Assembly (NCBI GenBank): GCA_944386785.1
Contig: CALXCM010000003.1
Location: forward strand, 936-64,935
DNA length: 64,000 bases
Source of the DNA: an uncultured Clostridia bacterium
Lineage (GTDB): Bacteria > Bacillota > Clostridia > TANB77 > CAG-508
Direction of reading: 5' to 3'
Part shown: one piece after another, positions 39,949 to 49,240 of the stretch
How positions within the stretch are numbered: the stretch's first letter is position 1
How the letters are laid out: every line of letters starts with the position of its first letter
Notes under the pieces: generated by a model
The model's database searches: none
What the model was told of the DNA's origin: nothing
What the model saw: the letters and a program-made list of their open reading frames with translations, nothing else
Made by a program: the position numbers and the translations under genes

Positions 39949-41233
39949 ATGATAGATATTAAATTTTTAAGAGAAAATCCTGATGTTGTAAAAGAAAACA
40001 TCAAAAAGAAATTTCAAGACAACAAGCTTTGCTTAGTTGATGAAGTAATTGAATTAGATATAAAAAATAGAGAAGCTAAATTAAATGGAGATAATTTAAG
40101 ATCTGAAAGAAAAAATTTAAGTAGCAAAATAGGCATGCTTATGAAAGATGGCAAAAAAGATGAAGCAGAAAAAATAAAAGCAGAAGTTAGCAAAATAAAT
40201 GAAAAACTAGAAGAAAATGAAAAATTAGAAACACAATATAGTGAAGCTATAAAAGAAAGAATGATGAAAATACCAAATATTATGCACCCTTCTGTTCCAA
40301 TTGGAGAAGATGATAGTAAAAATGTAGAAATTCAAAAATTTGGAGAACCAAAAGTTCCAGATTATGAAATTCCTTTCCATGGTGAAATTTTAGAAGGCTT
40401 AGGTGGACTAGACCTAGACAGCGCAAGAAGAGTTGCAGGACAAGGTTTTTATTATTTAATGGGAGATGTTGCAAGATTACATTCAGCTGTTTTAACATAT
40501 GCAAGAGATTTTATGATTAATAAAGGTTTTACTTATTGCATCCCACCATATATGATAAGATCTGATGTTGTAACTGGTGTTATGAGCTTTGAAGAAATGG
40601 ATGCTATGATGTATAAAATTGAAGGTGAAGATTTATATTTAATTGGTACTTCTGAGCACTCTATGATTGGTAAATTCAAAGATCAAATACTAAAAAAAGA
40701 AAATATGCCATATACTATGACATCATATTCTCCTTGCTTTAGAAAAGAAAAAGGAGCTCATGGATTAGAAGAACGCCGGAGTTTATAGAATCCATCAATT
40801 CGAAAAACAAGAAATGATAGTTGTATGTGAACCAGAAGATAGCTGGAATTGGTATGATAAAATGTGGTCATATACAGTAGAATTCTTTAGAAGCATGAAT
40901 ATTCCTGTAAGAACTTTAGAATGTTGTTCAGGAGATTTAGCAGACTTAAAAGCAAAATCTTGTGATGTAGAAGCTTGGTCTCCTCGTCAAAAGAAATATT
41001 TTGAAGTTGGAAGTTGTTCTAATTTAACAGATGCACAAGCTAGAAGACTTGGAATTAGAATTAAAGGAGAAAACGGAACATATTTTGCTCATACCCTAAA
41101 TAATACAGTTGTTGCTCCACCTAGAATGCTTATTTCTATTATGGAAAATAACTATCAACCAGATGGCAGTGTAATAATTCCAGAAGTTTTAAGACCATAT
41201 ATGGGTGGTTTAGAAAAAATTGAGAAAATTTAA
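39949..41233 (+). CDS. serS: Serine--tRNA ligase (needs +1 recoding at CGG 40777-40779)
   Basis: ORFs 39949..40788 and 40814..41233 join into 427 aa. The junction reads FRKEKGAHGLEER|GVYRIHQFEKQE, which is class II motif 2. Confidence 0.9.
40777..40780 (+). other. serS: In-frame CGG +1 recoding site (CGC CGG A)
   Basis: The +1 frame gives GVYRIHQFEK. Confidence 0.8.
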
Positions 41234-41245
41234 AGGAGGTCTTTA

Positions 41246-41840
41246 ATGTTAGTTAAAAATCCAAGATTTGAAATTTCAGCAGTTAGTCCAAAACAATACC
41301 CAAAGTCAGGACTTCCTGAAATTGTTTTAGTTGGAAAGTCTAATGTTGGAAAATCAAGTTTTATAAACACTTTAATTAATAGAAAAAAATTAGCAAGAAC
41401 TAGTAGCGAACCTCGGAAAAACTCGTCAAATCAATTTTTATAATATTGATGAAAAATTCTATTTTGTAGATTTACCAGGTTATGGTTATAGTAAAATGTC
41501 TAAAAAGGAACAAGCTCAAGTTGGAAAATTTATTGAAGAATATTTATTCAGCAGAAATGAAATTTCTTTAATTATATTTTTAGTTGATATCAGGCATAAA
41601 CCAACAGAAAATGATAGATTAATGTATAATTATATTGTTTCTGCAAAACTACCTTTTATAATTGTTGCAAATAAAGCTGATAAAATTGCTGTAACAAAGG
41701 TAGATGCTGCAACTAAAGATTTACAAAAAGAGCTAAACCCAATTGGTGATATAAAAACATTCCCTTTTTCTTCTGAGAGAAAAATATATACTGATACCAT
41801 GTGGGAATATTTAGATAATTTTTTAGAAGAATTAAAATAA
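41246..41840 (+). CDS. engB: Ribosome biogenesis GTPase EngB/YsxC (needs +1 recoding at CGG 41414-41416)
   Basis: G1 is GKSNVGKSS. The junction reads ARTSSEP|GKTRQINFY, which is the switch I PGxT motif. DLPGYGY and NKADK follow. The joined protein is 197 aa. Confidence 0.9.
41414..41417 (+). other. engB: In-frame CGG +1 recoding site (CCT CGG A)
   Basis: The +1 frame gives [10 protein letters not shown]. Confidence 0.8.
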
Positions 41841-41850
41841 ATAAAATTTA

Positions 41851-41887
41851 AAGGTATTGTAAATAATAATTACAATACCTTTTTTTG
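41851..41887 (+). terminator. Intrinsic terminator after engB
   Basis: The hairpin aaggtattgtaa...ttacaatacctt is followed by T7. Confidence 0.7.
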
Positions 41888-41947
41888 TTTCTATTTTTCA
41901 TATTTTGCATATAATATATAAATATTTTAAAAAGGAGTCGATTATTT

Positions 41948-42850
41948 ATGTTTAAAAATTATCCTATGATTCCATATTTCGGGTTTAAAGACGAAAATGT
42001 AAGAACACCTATTACCTTTCCTGCTCAGCATCAACCTGTTCAACCTGGAATGGAATTTGAAATGAATCCATTACCTATTTTTGAAAATCCTAATTACACT
42101 CCAAGTGGGAAACTTAAAGATAAAGTAGTTATTATCTCTGGTGGCGATAGTGGAATTGGAAGAGCTGTTAGTGTTCTTTTTGCTAAAGAAGGAGCTGACA
42201 TTGTAATTAGCTATTTAAATGAACATGAAGATGCAAATTGCACAAAACAAATCATTGAAAGTTATGGAAGAAAATGTGTACTAATTCCTGGTGATTTGCG
42301 TGATGAAAATTTATCAACATATATAGCGGAAACTGCAATAAATACTTTTGGAAAAATTGATATTTTAATTAATAATTGTGGAGTTCAATTTCCTCAAAAT
42401 AGTATTTTAGATATTTCTAGTAAGCAATTAAAAGATACTTTTGAAACAAATATTTTTACATTTTTCTATTTAACAAAAGCTGTTTTACCTCATTTGGGAG
42501 CAAATAGCAGTATTATAAATACTACATCTATTACTGCTTTTGATGGAAAGAAAAATCTAATTGATTATTCCGCAACAAAAGGTGCCATTACTGTATTTAC
42601 TAAATCTCTTGCATTATCTTTGGCAGATCAAGCGATTCGTGTTAATGCTGTTGCTCCAGGACCTATTTGGACACCACTTATTCCTTCTTCTTTTAGTCCA
42701 AAAGAAGTAGAAATATTTGGGACTGAAACCCCTCTAAAAAGAGCTGGCGAACCTTTTGAACTTGCACCTGCTTACCTTTACCTTGCAAGTGATGATTCTA
42801 GATATGTTACAGGTCAAATTATTCATGTAAATGGAGGAACTATAGTTTAA
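41948..42850 (+). CDS. SDR family oxidoreductase (YhdF/general-stress-39-like)
   Basis: Contains SGGDSGIGRA, NNCG, YSATKGA and IRVNAVAPGPIWTPL. Confidence 0.8.
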   Translation: MFKNYPMIPYFGFKDENVRTPITFPAQHQPVQPGMEFEMNPLPIFENPNYTPSGKLKDKVVIISGGDSGIGRAVSVLFAKEGADIVISYLNEHEDANCTKQIIESYGRKCVLIPGDLRDENLSTYIAETAINTFGKIDILINNCGVQFPQNSILDISSKQLKDTFETNIFTFFYLTKAVLPHLGANSSIINTTSITAFDGKKNLIDYSATKGAITVFTKSLALSLADQAIRVNAVAPGPIWTPLIPSSFSPKEVEIFGTETPLKRAGEPFELAPAYLYLASDDSRYVTGQIIHVNGGTIV

Positions 42851-42860
42851 ATATTTTAAA

Positions 42861-42891
42861 AGCCATCTGGCATTTAAGTCAGATGGCTTTA
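42861..42891. terminator. Bidirectional terminator hairpin
   Basis: aagccatctggcatttaagtcagatggctt, located between convergent genes. Confidence 0.6.
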
Positions 42892-42895
42892 TAAT

Positions 42896-43174
42896 TTAGC
42901 ATTTAAAACAACAAGAGTTTTTCTTTTCTTTTTTTCTATTACATAACAACAAAATAGTTGTTAATATAAGAAGTATTCCAAGTATTATAGCTAAAACTAT
43001 AATTGCAGCTAATGCTCCTAAGATTGCTGTAGATAATGCTGCTCCAATTATTAGTCCGATAACTGCTGTAAATAAAGAAAGTAAAATAATATCAACAATG
43101 CCTAAACAATTTTTATGGCTTTTGCACTTTTTTTCTCCATTATCGCAACAATATATTGTATCTTGTGGCTCCAT
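42896..43174 (-). CDS. Small Cys-rich membrane protein
   Basis: 92 aa. A CC..C..C head and a CCFKC tail flank two Gly/Ala/Ile/Leu-rich TM segments. A GGAGGTG RBS is present. Confidence 0.45.
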   Translation of the reverse strand: MEPQDTIYCCDNGEKKCKSHKNCLGIVDIILLSLFTAVIGLIIGAALSTAILGALAAIIVLAIILGILLILTTILLLCNRKKEKKNSCCFKC

Positions 43175-43223
43175 TTTTAAGTCACCTCCATATAAGTGTA
43201 CTACTTTACACTTATATTATATA

Positions 43224-43407
43224 TTATGCTTCTTTTTCAATTTTTGTTATTGCTTTTTTTGCTTTTTCTCTTTCTAAAACCACTACATGTCCACAACCTT
43301 GACATTTTAACTTAAAATCTACACCTATTCTTGTTATTTCCCAAAGTTTACTTCCGACATGGATGTTTCTTTTTTGTTCTTACAATATCTCCTATTTTGT
43401 ATTCCAT
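43224..43407 (-). CDS. DUF951 family protein (needs +1 recoding at CGG 43354-43356); absent from the ORF track
   Basis: The ATG at 43407 follows GAGGAG. In the 0 frame it reads MEYKIGDIVRTKKKHPC then R, K and a stop. After the shift it reads HPC|GSKLWEITRIGVDFKLKCQGCGHVVVLEREKAKKAITKIEKEA, which is the DUF951 signature HPCG...C.GCG. The joined protein is 60 aa. Confidence 0.7.
43353..43356 (-). other. In-frame CGG +1 recoding site (TGT CGG A)
   Basis: The +1 frame gives GSKLWEITRIG, in the DUF951 gene. Confidence 0.7.
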
Positions 43408-43422
43408 ACGAATATTTCTCCT

Positions 43423-45084
43423 CTATAAGTTTTCTATTGCCTTTTTAAATCTTTTTTCTATTTTTTCTTTTCCTAATATTTTCATGATTTCATACATATC
43501 TGGAGTATTTGTTCTCATAGTTAGAGCAACTCTTAAAACTGTACTTACATCTCCAACATGAGCCTTATACATTTCAGGATTTGCTTTAAATTCTTTAACT
43601 TCTTTTGCATATCCTAATTTTCCTGAAAGCTCTTTTATTTTATCAAACCAAGTTTGTTTATCATCATTTTCGTCATATATTTTAATGTATTCTTCTAATA
43701 TTTTTCTAATATCTTCTTTTTCATTTATTGCTTGATATGGATAACTTTTTTCTTGATTTTCGAAAATTTCATCATACATATATGAAATATTTTCTTTTAC
43801 ATCTGACCATTTTGCAATATCTTTTCTTGGTTTTTTATTTCCTCTTTCTATCCCAAAAACTTTAAGTGCATATTCTTTATCTTGTAATATTTCTTCTAAT
43901 TCTTTGTCATATTTTTTAGCCCAGTTTAAAGCATTGTTATACACTTCTTCTGCTGAAAACATTGATATTACAGTTTTTCCAACATCATATAGTTTTACCA
44001 TATCAAAAAGTGCTCCACTTACACTCATTTTATTTAATTGAAGTTCAAATTCTTCTATTCCTTTTTCTTTATTTTGTTTTCTCCAATTTTCAAAATTTGA
44101 GTTTGCTATATTTAATAAATATTCTTTTACTGCTTCTTTTGGTATTCCTTGTTCATCATAATAGCTTACTGCTGCTTCTGGGTCTTTTCTTTTACTTAAT
44201 TTTCTTTTATTTCCATTATCATTTTTCATAATTGGTGCAATATGAGCATATTTTGGTGCTTTAAATCCTAACTCTTGGAACAATTGTAAATGTAATGGAA
44301 CTGATGATAGCCATTCATCTCCACGAATTACATGTGTTGTTCCCATTAAATGGTCATCTACTGCATGTGCAAAGTGATATGTAGGAAGACCATCTGCTTT
44401 TATTATTACAATATCTTGATCATTTTCTGGAAATGTTACATTTCCTTTTATTACATCATGATGTTTTATTTTTCTGTCTTCTCTTCCTGGAGATTTAAAA
44501 CGAATTATATATTTTTCTCCATTTTTAATCTTCTCTATTGCCTCTTCTACAGTAATATTTCTACATTTTGCCCAAACACTATAATATCCTGGTCTTATTT
44601 TTGCTGCTTCTTGTTTTTCTCTTGTTTCTTCTATTTCTTCAGGAGAACAAAAACATGGATATGCTTTTCCTTGTGATATTAAATATTTTGCATAAGATTG
44701 GTATATTTCTTTTCTTTTACTTTGTCTATATGGTCCATAAGAACCTTTTTCTTCTGTTTCAGAAATCATACCTTCATCTGGTTCTAATCCAAAGTTTTTA
44801 AGCGAATTTACTATATCTATTACTCCATTTTCTACTTCTCTTTTTTGATCTGTATCTTCTATTCTTAAGAAAAATACGCCTTCAGTTTGGTTTGCAAGTT
44901 TTCTTGCAATTAAGCTTTGATATAGTCCACCAATATGAACAAATCCTGTTGGACTTGGTGCAAATCTTGTAACTATTGCTCCTTCTTTTAAATTTCTTTT
45001 TGGATATTTTTCTTCATAATATGATATATCTTTTATATCTGGGAATATTAAGTTTGCTAAATCTTTATAATCCATTTTTTTCAA
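43423..45084 (-). CDS. gltX: Glutamate--tRNA ligase
   Basis: Contains RFAPSPTGFVHIGG (the HIGH motif) and KLSKRK (the KMSKS motif). 553 aa. Confidence 0.85.
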   Translation of the reverse strand: MKKMDYKDLANLIFPDIKDISYYEEKYPKRNLKEGAIVTRFAPSPTGFVHIGGLYQSLIARKLANQTEGVFFLRIEDTDQKREVENGVIDIVNSLKNFGLEPDEGMISETEEKGSYGPYRQSKRKEIYQSYAKYLISQGKAYPCFCSPEEIEETREKQEAAKIRPGYYSVWAKCRNITVEEAIEKIKNGEKYIIRFKSPGREDRKIKHHDVIKGNVTFPENDQDIVIIKADGLPTYHFAHAVDDHLMGTTHVIRGDEWLSSVPLHLQLFQELGFKAPKYAHIAPIMKNDNGNKRKLSKRKDPEAAVSYYDEQGIPKEAVKEYLLNIANSNFENWRKQNKEKGIEEFELQLNKMSVSGALFDMVKLYDVGKTVISMFSAEEVYNNALNWAKKYDKELEEILQDKEYALKVFGIERGNKKPRKDIAKWSDVKENISYMYDEIFENQEKSYPYQAINEKEDIRKILEEYIKIYDENDDKQTWFDKIKELSGKLGYAKEVKEFKANPEMYKAHVGDVSTVLRVALTMRTNTPDMYEIMKILGKEKIEKRFKKAIENL

Positions 45085-45211
45085 CTCCTATTTCTTTTCT
45101 AAAAATTGACATGTGTATTATATCATAAAATTAATAAAAAAGTAAAGTTTTATAATTAGTTTTTTAGCGTCTTTTCTCTTACAAACTAAGCAAAATCAAA
45201 GAATTTTTATA

Positions 45212-45240
45212 TTGACATTAAATATAGTTTTTGATATATT
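45212..45240 (+). promoter_or_regulatory. Sigma-A promoter of the small-ORF transcription unit
   Basis: On the plus strand: TTGACA, 17 nt, TATATT. Confidence 0.55.
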
Positions 45241-45382
45241 ATACTCAAGTGTTTAAATAGAACTCCTTCGGGTTAGGTGCATAGATTAATAATTGACATC
45301 TTTGCATTTCAACTATTAGTTTATGCACCTAGCCTTCGCAAGATGGTTAGTTGCAATATTAATTTGAAGGAGGTGGATTTTG

Positions 45383-45570
45383 TGAAAACAAATGACAACA
45401 ATGTTGTGGCAGTTCGCTATCTTGGTAGAGCTTTAATAGCCTTAATATTTGGCATTGTTATATGTTTTTTAGCTAGTCTCGGCTACAATACATATGTCAA
45501 ATATTCAGACGAAAAAATTGAAGTTCGCACAGAGAACTCCAATTCAACATATTTAAACACACTTGATTAA
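45383..45570 (+). CDS. Small single-TM protein (62 aa, GTG start)
   Basis: GGAGGTGG RBS 8 nt upstream. The sequence is VKTNDNNVVAVRYLGRALIALIFGIVICFLASLGY... A terminator follows immediately. The ORF-track entry 45277..45570 extends it upstream through the leader hairpin. Confidence 0.45.
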
Positions 45571-45595
45571 GAGCTACGGCTCTTAATCTTTTTTG
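45567..45595 (+). terminator. Intrinsic terminator after the small ORF
   Basis: The hairpin ttaagagc-tacg-gctcttaa is followed by a T-run. Confidence 0.7.
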
Positions 45596-45770
45596 TTATA
45601 TGAATAATATCATTATTCTATTCTTAATTCAATTACAAGAATATTAATTTTACATAACAAAATTGTAACATTTCTATTACTTTCTGTCAATATTATAACA
45701 TGTTTTTTTATTAGTTAATAAGAAATACAAAATACCAGACCTATAAAAGCCTGGTATTTCAACATTTTTG

Positions 45771-47619
45771 CTAAACTTCCATAATTATAGGTATAATCAT
45801 TGGATTTCTTTTTGTCTTTTTGAAAATATAATCTCTTAAATTTTCTCTGACATTTGTTTTTATTGTAGTCCAATCTCTTATTCCTTTTTCTTCACATTTT
45901 CTAATTTCATGTCTTACTACTGATTTTACTTCATCCATCAAGTTTTCAGATTCTCTTACATAAACAAATCCTCTAGATATTACATCTGGCCCTGCAACTA
46001 CTTCTCCTGTTGTTGAATCCATTGTTAAAACTATAACAATTAATCCATCTTGTGATAAATGTTGTCTATCTCTTAATACTATACTTCCAACATCTCCAAC
46101 ACCTAATCCATCTACTAAAATTCTTCCACTTTGAACTGTTCCTGTTAGATTTGCTTCTTCCTCATTTATTTCTAGTATTCTACCATTTTGAAGCATTATG
46201 ATATTTTCTTTATCAATTCCCATACTTTGAGCAGTTTCACTATGTGCTATTAATTGTCTATATTCTCCATGGACTGGTATAAAGTATTTAGGTTTTGCTA
46301 AAGCTAAAATTAATTTTTGTTCTTCTTGGCAAGCATGTCCTGAAACATGCACATCTTCTAGTGAACTATATACAACTTCTGCTCCAATTTGCATTAAGTC
46401 ATCTATTACTCTTGAAACATATTTTTCATTTCCTGGTATTGGTGTTGCTGAAATAATTACTAAGTCATTTGGTGTTATCTTAACTTTTCTATGGTCACCT
46501 GCTGCCATTCTAGTTAGTGCTGACATAGGTTCTCCTTGACTTCCTGTTGTAATTATAACTAATTGTTCATCTGTATAGCTGTTAATCATATCTATATCTA
46601 TAAAGATATTTTCTGGGCATTTAATGTACCCTAGTTCTCTTGCTGTTGTAATCATATTAATCATACTTCTACCACATACAGCAATTTTTCTTCTATGTTT
46701 TACTGCTGAATTTACAATTTGTTGTACCCTATGAACATTTGATGCAAATGTTGCAACTACAATCCTTTTTGTACAATGTTGAAATAGTCTATCAAAAACT
46801 TCTCCTACTGTGCTTTCTGACATTGTAAATCCTTTTCTTTCAGAATTCGTACTATCAGACATAAGTGCCAAAACACCATTATTTCCAAGTTCTGCGATTC
46901 TTCCAAAGTCCATTATTTTACCATCTATTGGTGTAAAATCTACTTTAAAGTCTCCTGTGTGAAGTATTGTTCCTACAGGTGTTGTTATTGCAAGCATAAC
47001 AGAGTCTGGAATACTATGTGTACTTCTTATAAATTCTACTTTAAAATTATTTCCAAATTTTATTATTTGTCCTTGTGATACTTCATATAATTTTGTACTT
47101 CTTAATAAATTATGTTCTTCTAATTTGTTTCTTATTAATCCTGCAGCTAATTTTGTTGCATAAATTGGAATATTTATCTTTTTTAATAAATATGGAACTG
47201 CACCTATATGGTCTTCATGTCCATGTGTTATTACCAATCCTTTTATTTTATCCACATTTTGTTCTAGATATGTGATATCTGGAATTACTAAATCAACTCC
47301 TAACATATCATCATCTGGAAATATTAGTCCACAGTCTACTACAATTATTTCATTTTCATATTCAAAAACTGTAATGTTTTTTCCAACTTCTTGAATTCCT
47401 CCGAAGTGGAATTATTTTTAATTTTGATTTTTTAAATATTGGATTTTCTCCTTTTTCATTATATTTTCTAGTATTTTTTCTACTATATGGTCTTTTTTCT
47501 GCCTTTCTTACAACTGTTTTACTTTCTTGTTTTAAATTCTCTTTTTTTGTATTTGTTCTTCTTGTTTTTTTAACTAAATTTGTTTTTCTCTCTTTGTTAT
47601 TTTTTATTTCTTCTGTCAT
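45771..47619 (-). CDS. rnj: Ribonuclease J with Lys/Arg-rich N-terminal extension (needs +1 recoding at CGG 47401-47403)
   Basis: ORFs 47362..47619 and 45771..47306 join into 615 aa. The junction reads KIIPL|GGIQEVGKNITVFEY (canonical PLGG..EIGKN). HGHEDH is present. Confidence 0.9.
47400..47403 (-). other. rnj: In-frame CGG +1 recoding site (CTT CGG A)
   Basis: The +1 frame gives GGIQEVGKN. Confidence 0.8.
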
Positions 47620-47858
47620 TAAACTCTCCTTTCCTATTTTTAAATATTTTTTAAAACACTAAAAAAATTAGTTTACCCTTTAAACTAATTTTGACCTAAT
47701 TTATCTTTTTTCATTCATCTGTACAAAAATAACGAAGCTTTTTTATATGTGGCCTTTTTTATCTCTTAACCTACATATACTTCATTGTTTAATAAATTCC
47801 GATCAATATGATTAACACTGCTTCATATTATACTATAAATCTATATAAAAGTCAATGT

Positions 47859-47911
47859 CCAATTGGGGACAGGTCCAAATGGACATTTTTGTCCATTTTG
47901 TGACAGGTGTC
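47859..47911 (+). repeat. GGGGAC-family intergenic repeat, type M3
   Basis: ccaattggggacaggtccaaatggacatttttgtccattttgtgacaggtgtc. Confidence 0.8.
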
Positions 47912-47975
47912 AATCTGAAATTTTTTGGAATATTGTTTTTTACAAAATTCAATACTTGTAAAAATGCCATTCAAC

Positions 47976-48052
47976 AAAATTCGACAAAAATGAGAGAAAC
48001 GAGAACTGTCCCCTTTTTTCTCAAAAAAATGAGACGGAATTGCTCCGTCCCC
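47976..48052 (-). repeat. GGGGAC-family repeats, M1 + M2 (inverted)
   Basis: aaaattcgacaaaaatgagagaaacgagaactgtcccc is followed by tgagacggaattgctccgtcccc. The ORF-track entry 47855..48067 spans these repeats and is rejected. Confidence 0.8.
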
Positions 48053-48063
48053 ATTTATCTCAT

Positions 48064-48918
48064 TTAATTGTTTTCTCCTCTTCCTTCTGGAAGTGCTGAG
48101 TAATCTAATACAACTCTTATCTTTGTTATATATCTTAATGTTCTTACAAATTTGCTATTTTTAATTCTTTGCCATAAACTTGGTTTTGTTTCAAATGTTG
48201 TTGCTTCTACATATTGCTTCTCTTCTATTGTATTTACAGGTGCTTCTACTTTTACTTCTTCTTCTTTTTGAACTACTTCTTCTATCGGTGTTTCGATTGG
48301 TGTTGGTATTGATTTTAGTGCATCTGCAATTTCTATTCCGATATAACTTAATGCTTTTGATCTATCTTCTATTCTTTCCATATCAATTTCTATATGTAAG
48401 TTAGATTCTAAGTTATTTATTCTTGCATGTAAAAGTTTCATTGCATCTTTATAGTTTTCACTTGTTGTTCCTTTGGCTTTTCCAACTATTGTTAGAGTCT
48501 CTATTATATCTTCTGAAAATGTATCTTCTGCTTTTTTTACTTGTTCTTTCCAATCTTTTTCTTTGTTTTCTACTGCTTCTACTAATTCTTTTAAATTTCC
48601 TGCTAAGTTTATATTTTGTTCTCTTTGTCTAATTAATTCTTCTATTTTTTTAGTATTTTCTTCAAATTGATTTGTTGCATATTCTACTAAGCCATAAGCA
48701 GCTTTATATACACTTGCTGGAAAATTTTTCTTTTTTGGATATTCAATTAAATATGTTTTTATTGATTCTATTAAGTCTTTAAAATATGTATCATCTTCTA
48801 ATTGTACTATTTGCTTCTTACTTTTTGGATTTATTAGTTTTTGTACTTTTTCTATATTTGATAATATTTTTTCCTCTGTTATAACCATTCTTACATTTAC
48901 TATGCCAGATCTAGACAT
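48064..48918 (-). CDS. Hypothetical coiled-coil protein
   Basis: The ATG at 48918 lies 8 nt after GGAGG. The protein is charged and helical, and I do not recognise the family. Confidence 0.5.
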   Translation of the reverse strand: MSRSGIVNVRMVITEEKILSNIEKVQKLINPKSKKQIVQLEDDTYFKDLIESIKTYLIEYPKKKNFPASVYKAAYGLVEYATNQFEENTKKIEELIRQREQNINLAGNLKELVEAVENKEKDWKEQVKKAEDTFSEDIIETLTIVGKAKGTTSENYKDAMKLLHARINNLESNLHIEIDMERIEDRSKALSYIGIEIADALKSIPTPIETPIEEVVQKEEEVKVEAPVNTIEEKQYVEATTFETKPSLWQRIKNSKFVRTLRYITKIRVVLDYSALPEGRGENN

Positions 48919-49240
48919 GTAAATTACCTCCTTTATCTTATGCATCTTTAGTTTTTTCTTTCTATATTATTATACATTAACGGAAACCAAACTACAAGAG
49001 GATTTTGCGTTTTTTATTTTAAGTTTTTGTTACATTTATGTTACAAAAATATTACAATTTTCTTTATTTTTCGACAACTCTATTTTATGTATAGTTCTTT
49101 TGAAATATATTTTTCCGTAAGTAAATTTTGATATCAAAAAAATAGAACATATACTTTTTAGTTTATGTTCTATTTTTTTGATTATTAATTTTTTATATAT
49201 AATTTTTAAGTTACAAATTAATAATTATTAATATTACATT

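Noticed and set aside
43331-43561. A plus-strand 76-aa ORF overlapping the end of gltX.
   Set aside because: The region is better explained by the gltX 3' end and by the recoded DUF951 gene on the minus strand.
10712-48052. The GGGGAC repeats could be a CRISPR array or tRNA/sRNA genes.
   Set aside because: The copies are dispersed singly or in pairs across 37 kb, without regular spacing or unique spacers. No cloverleaf can be drawn, and no cas genes are present.
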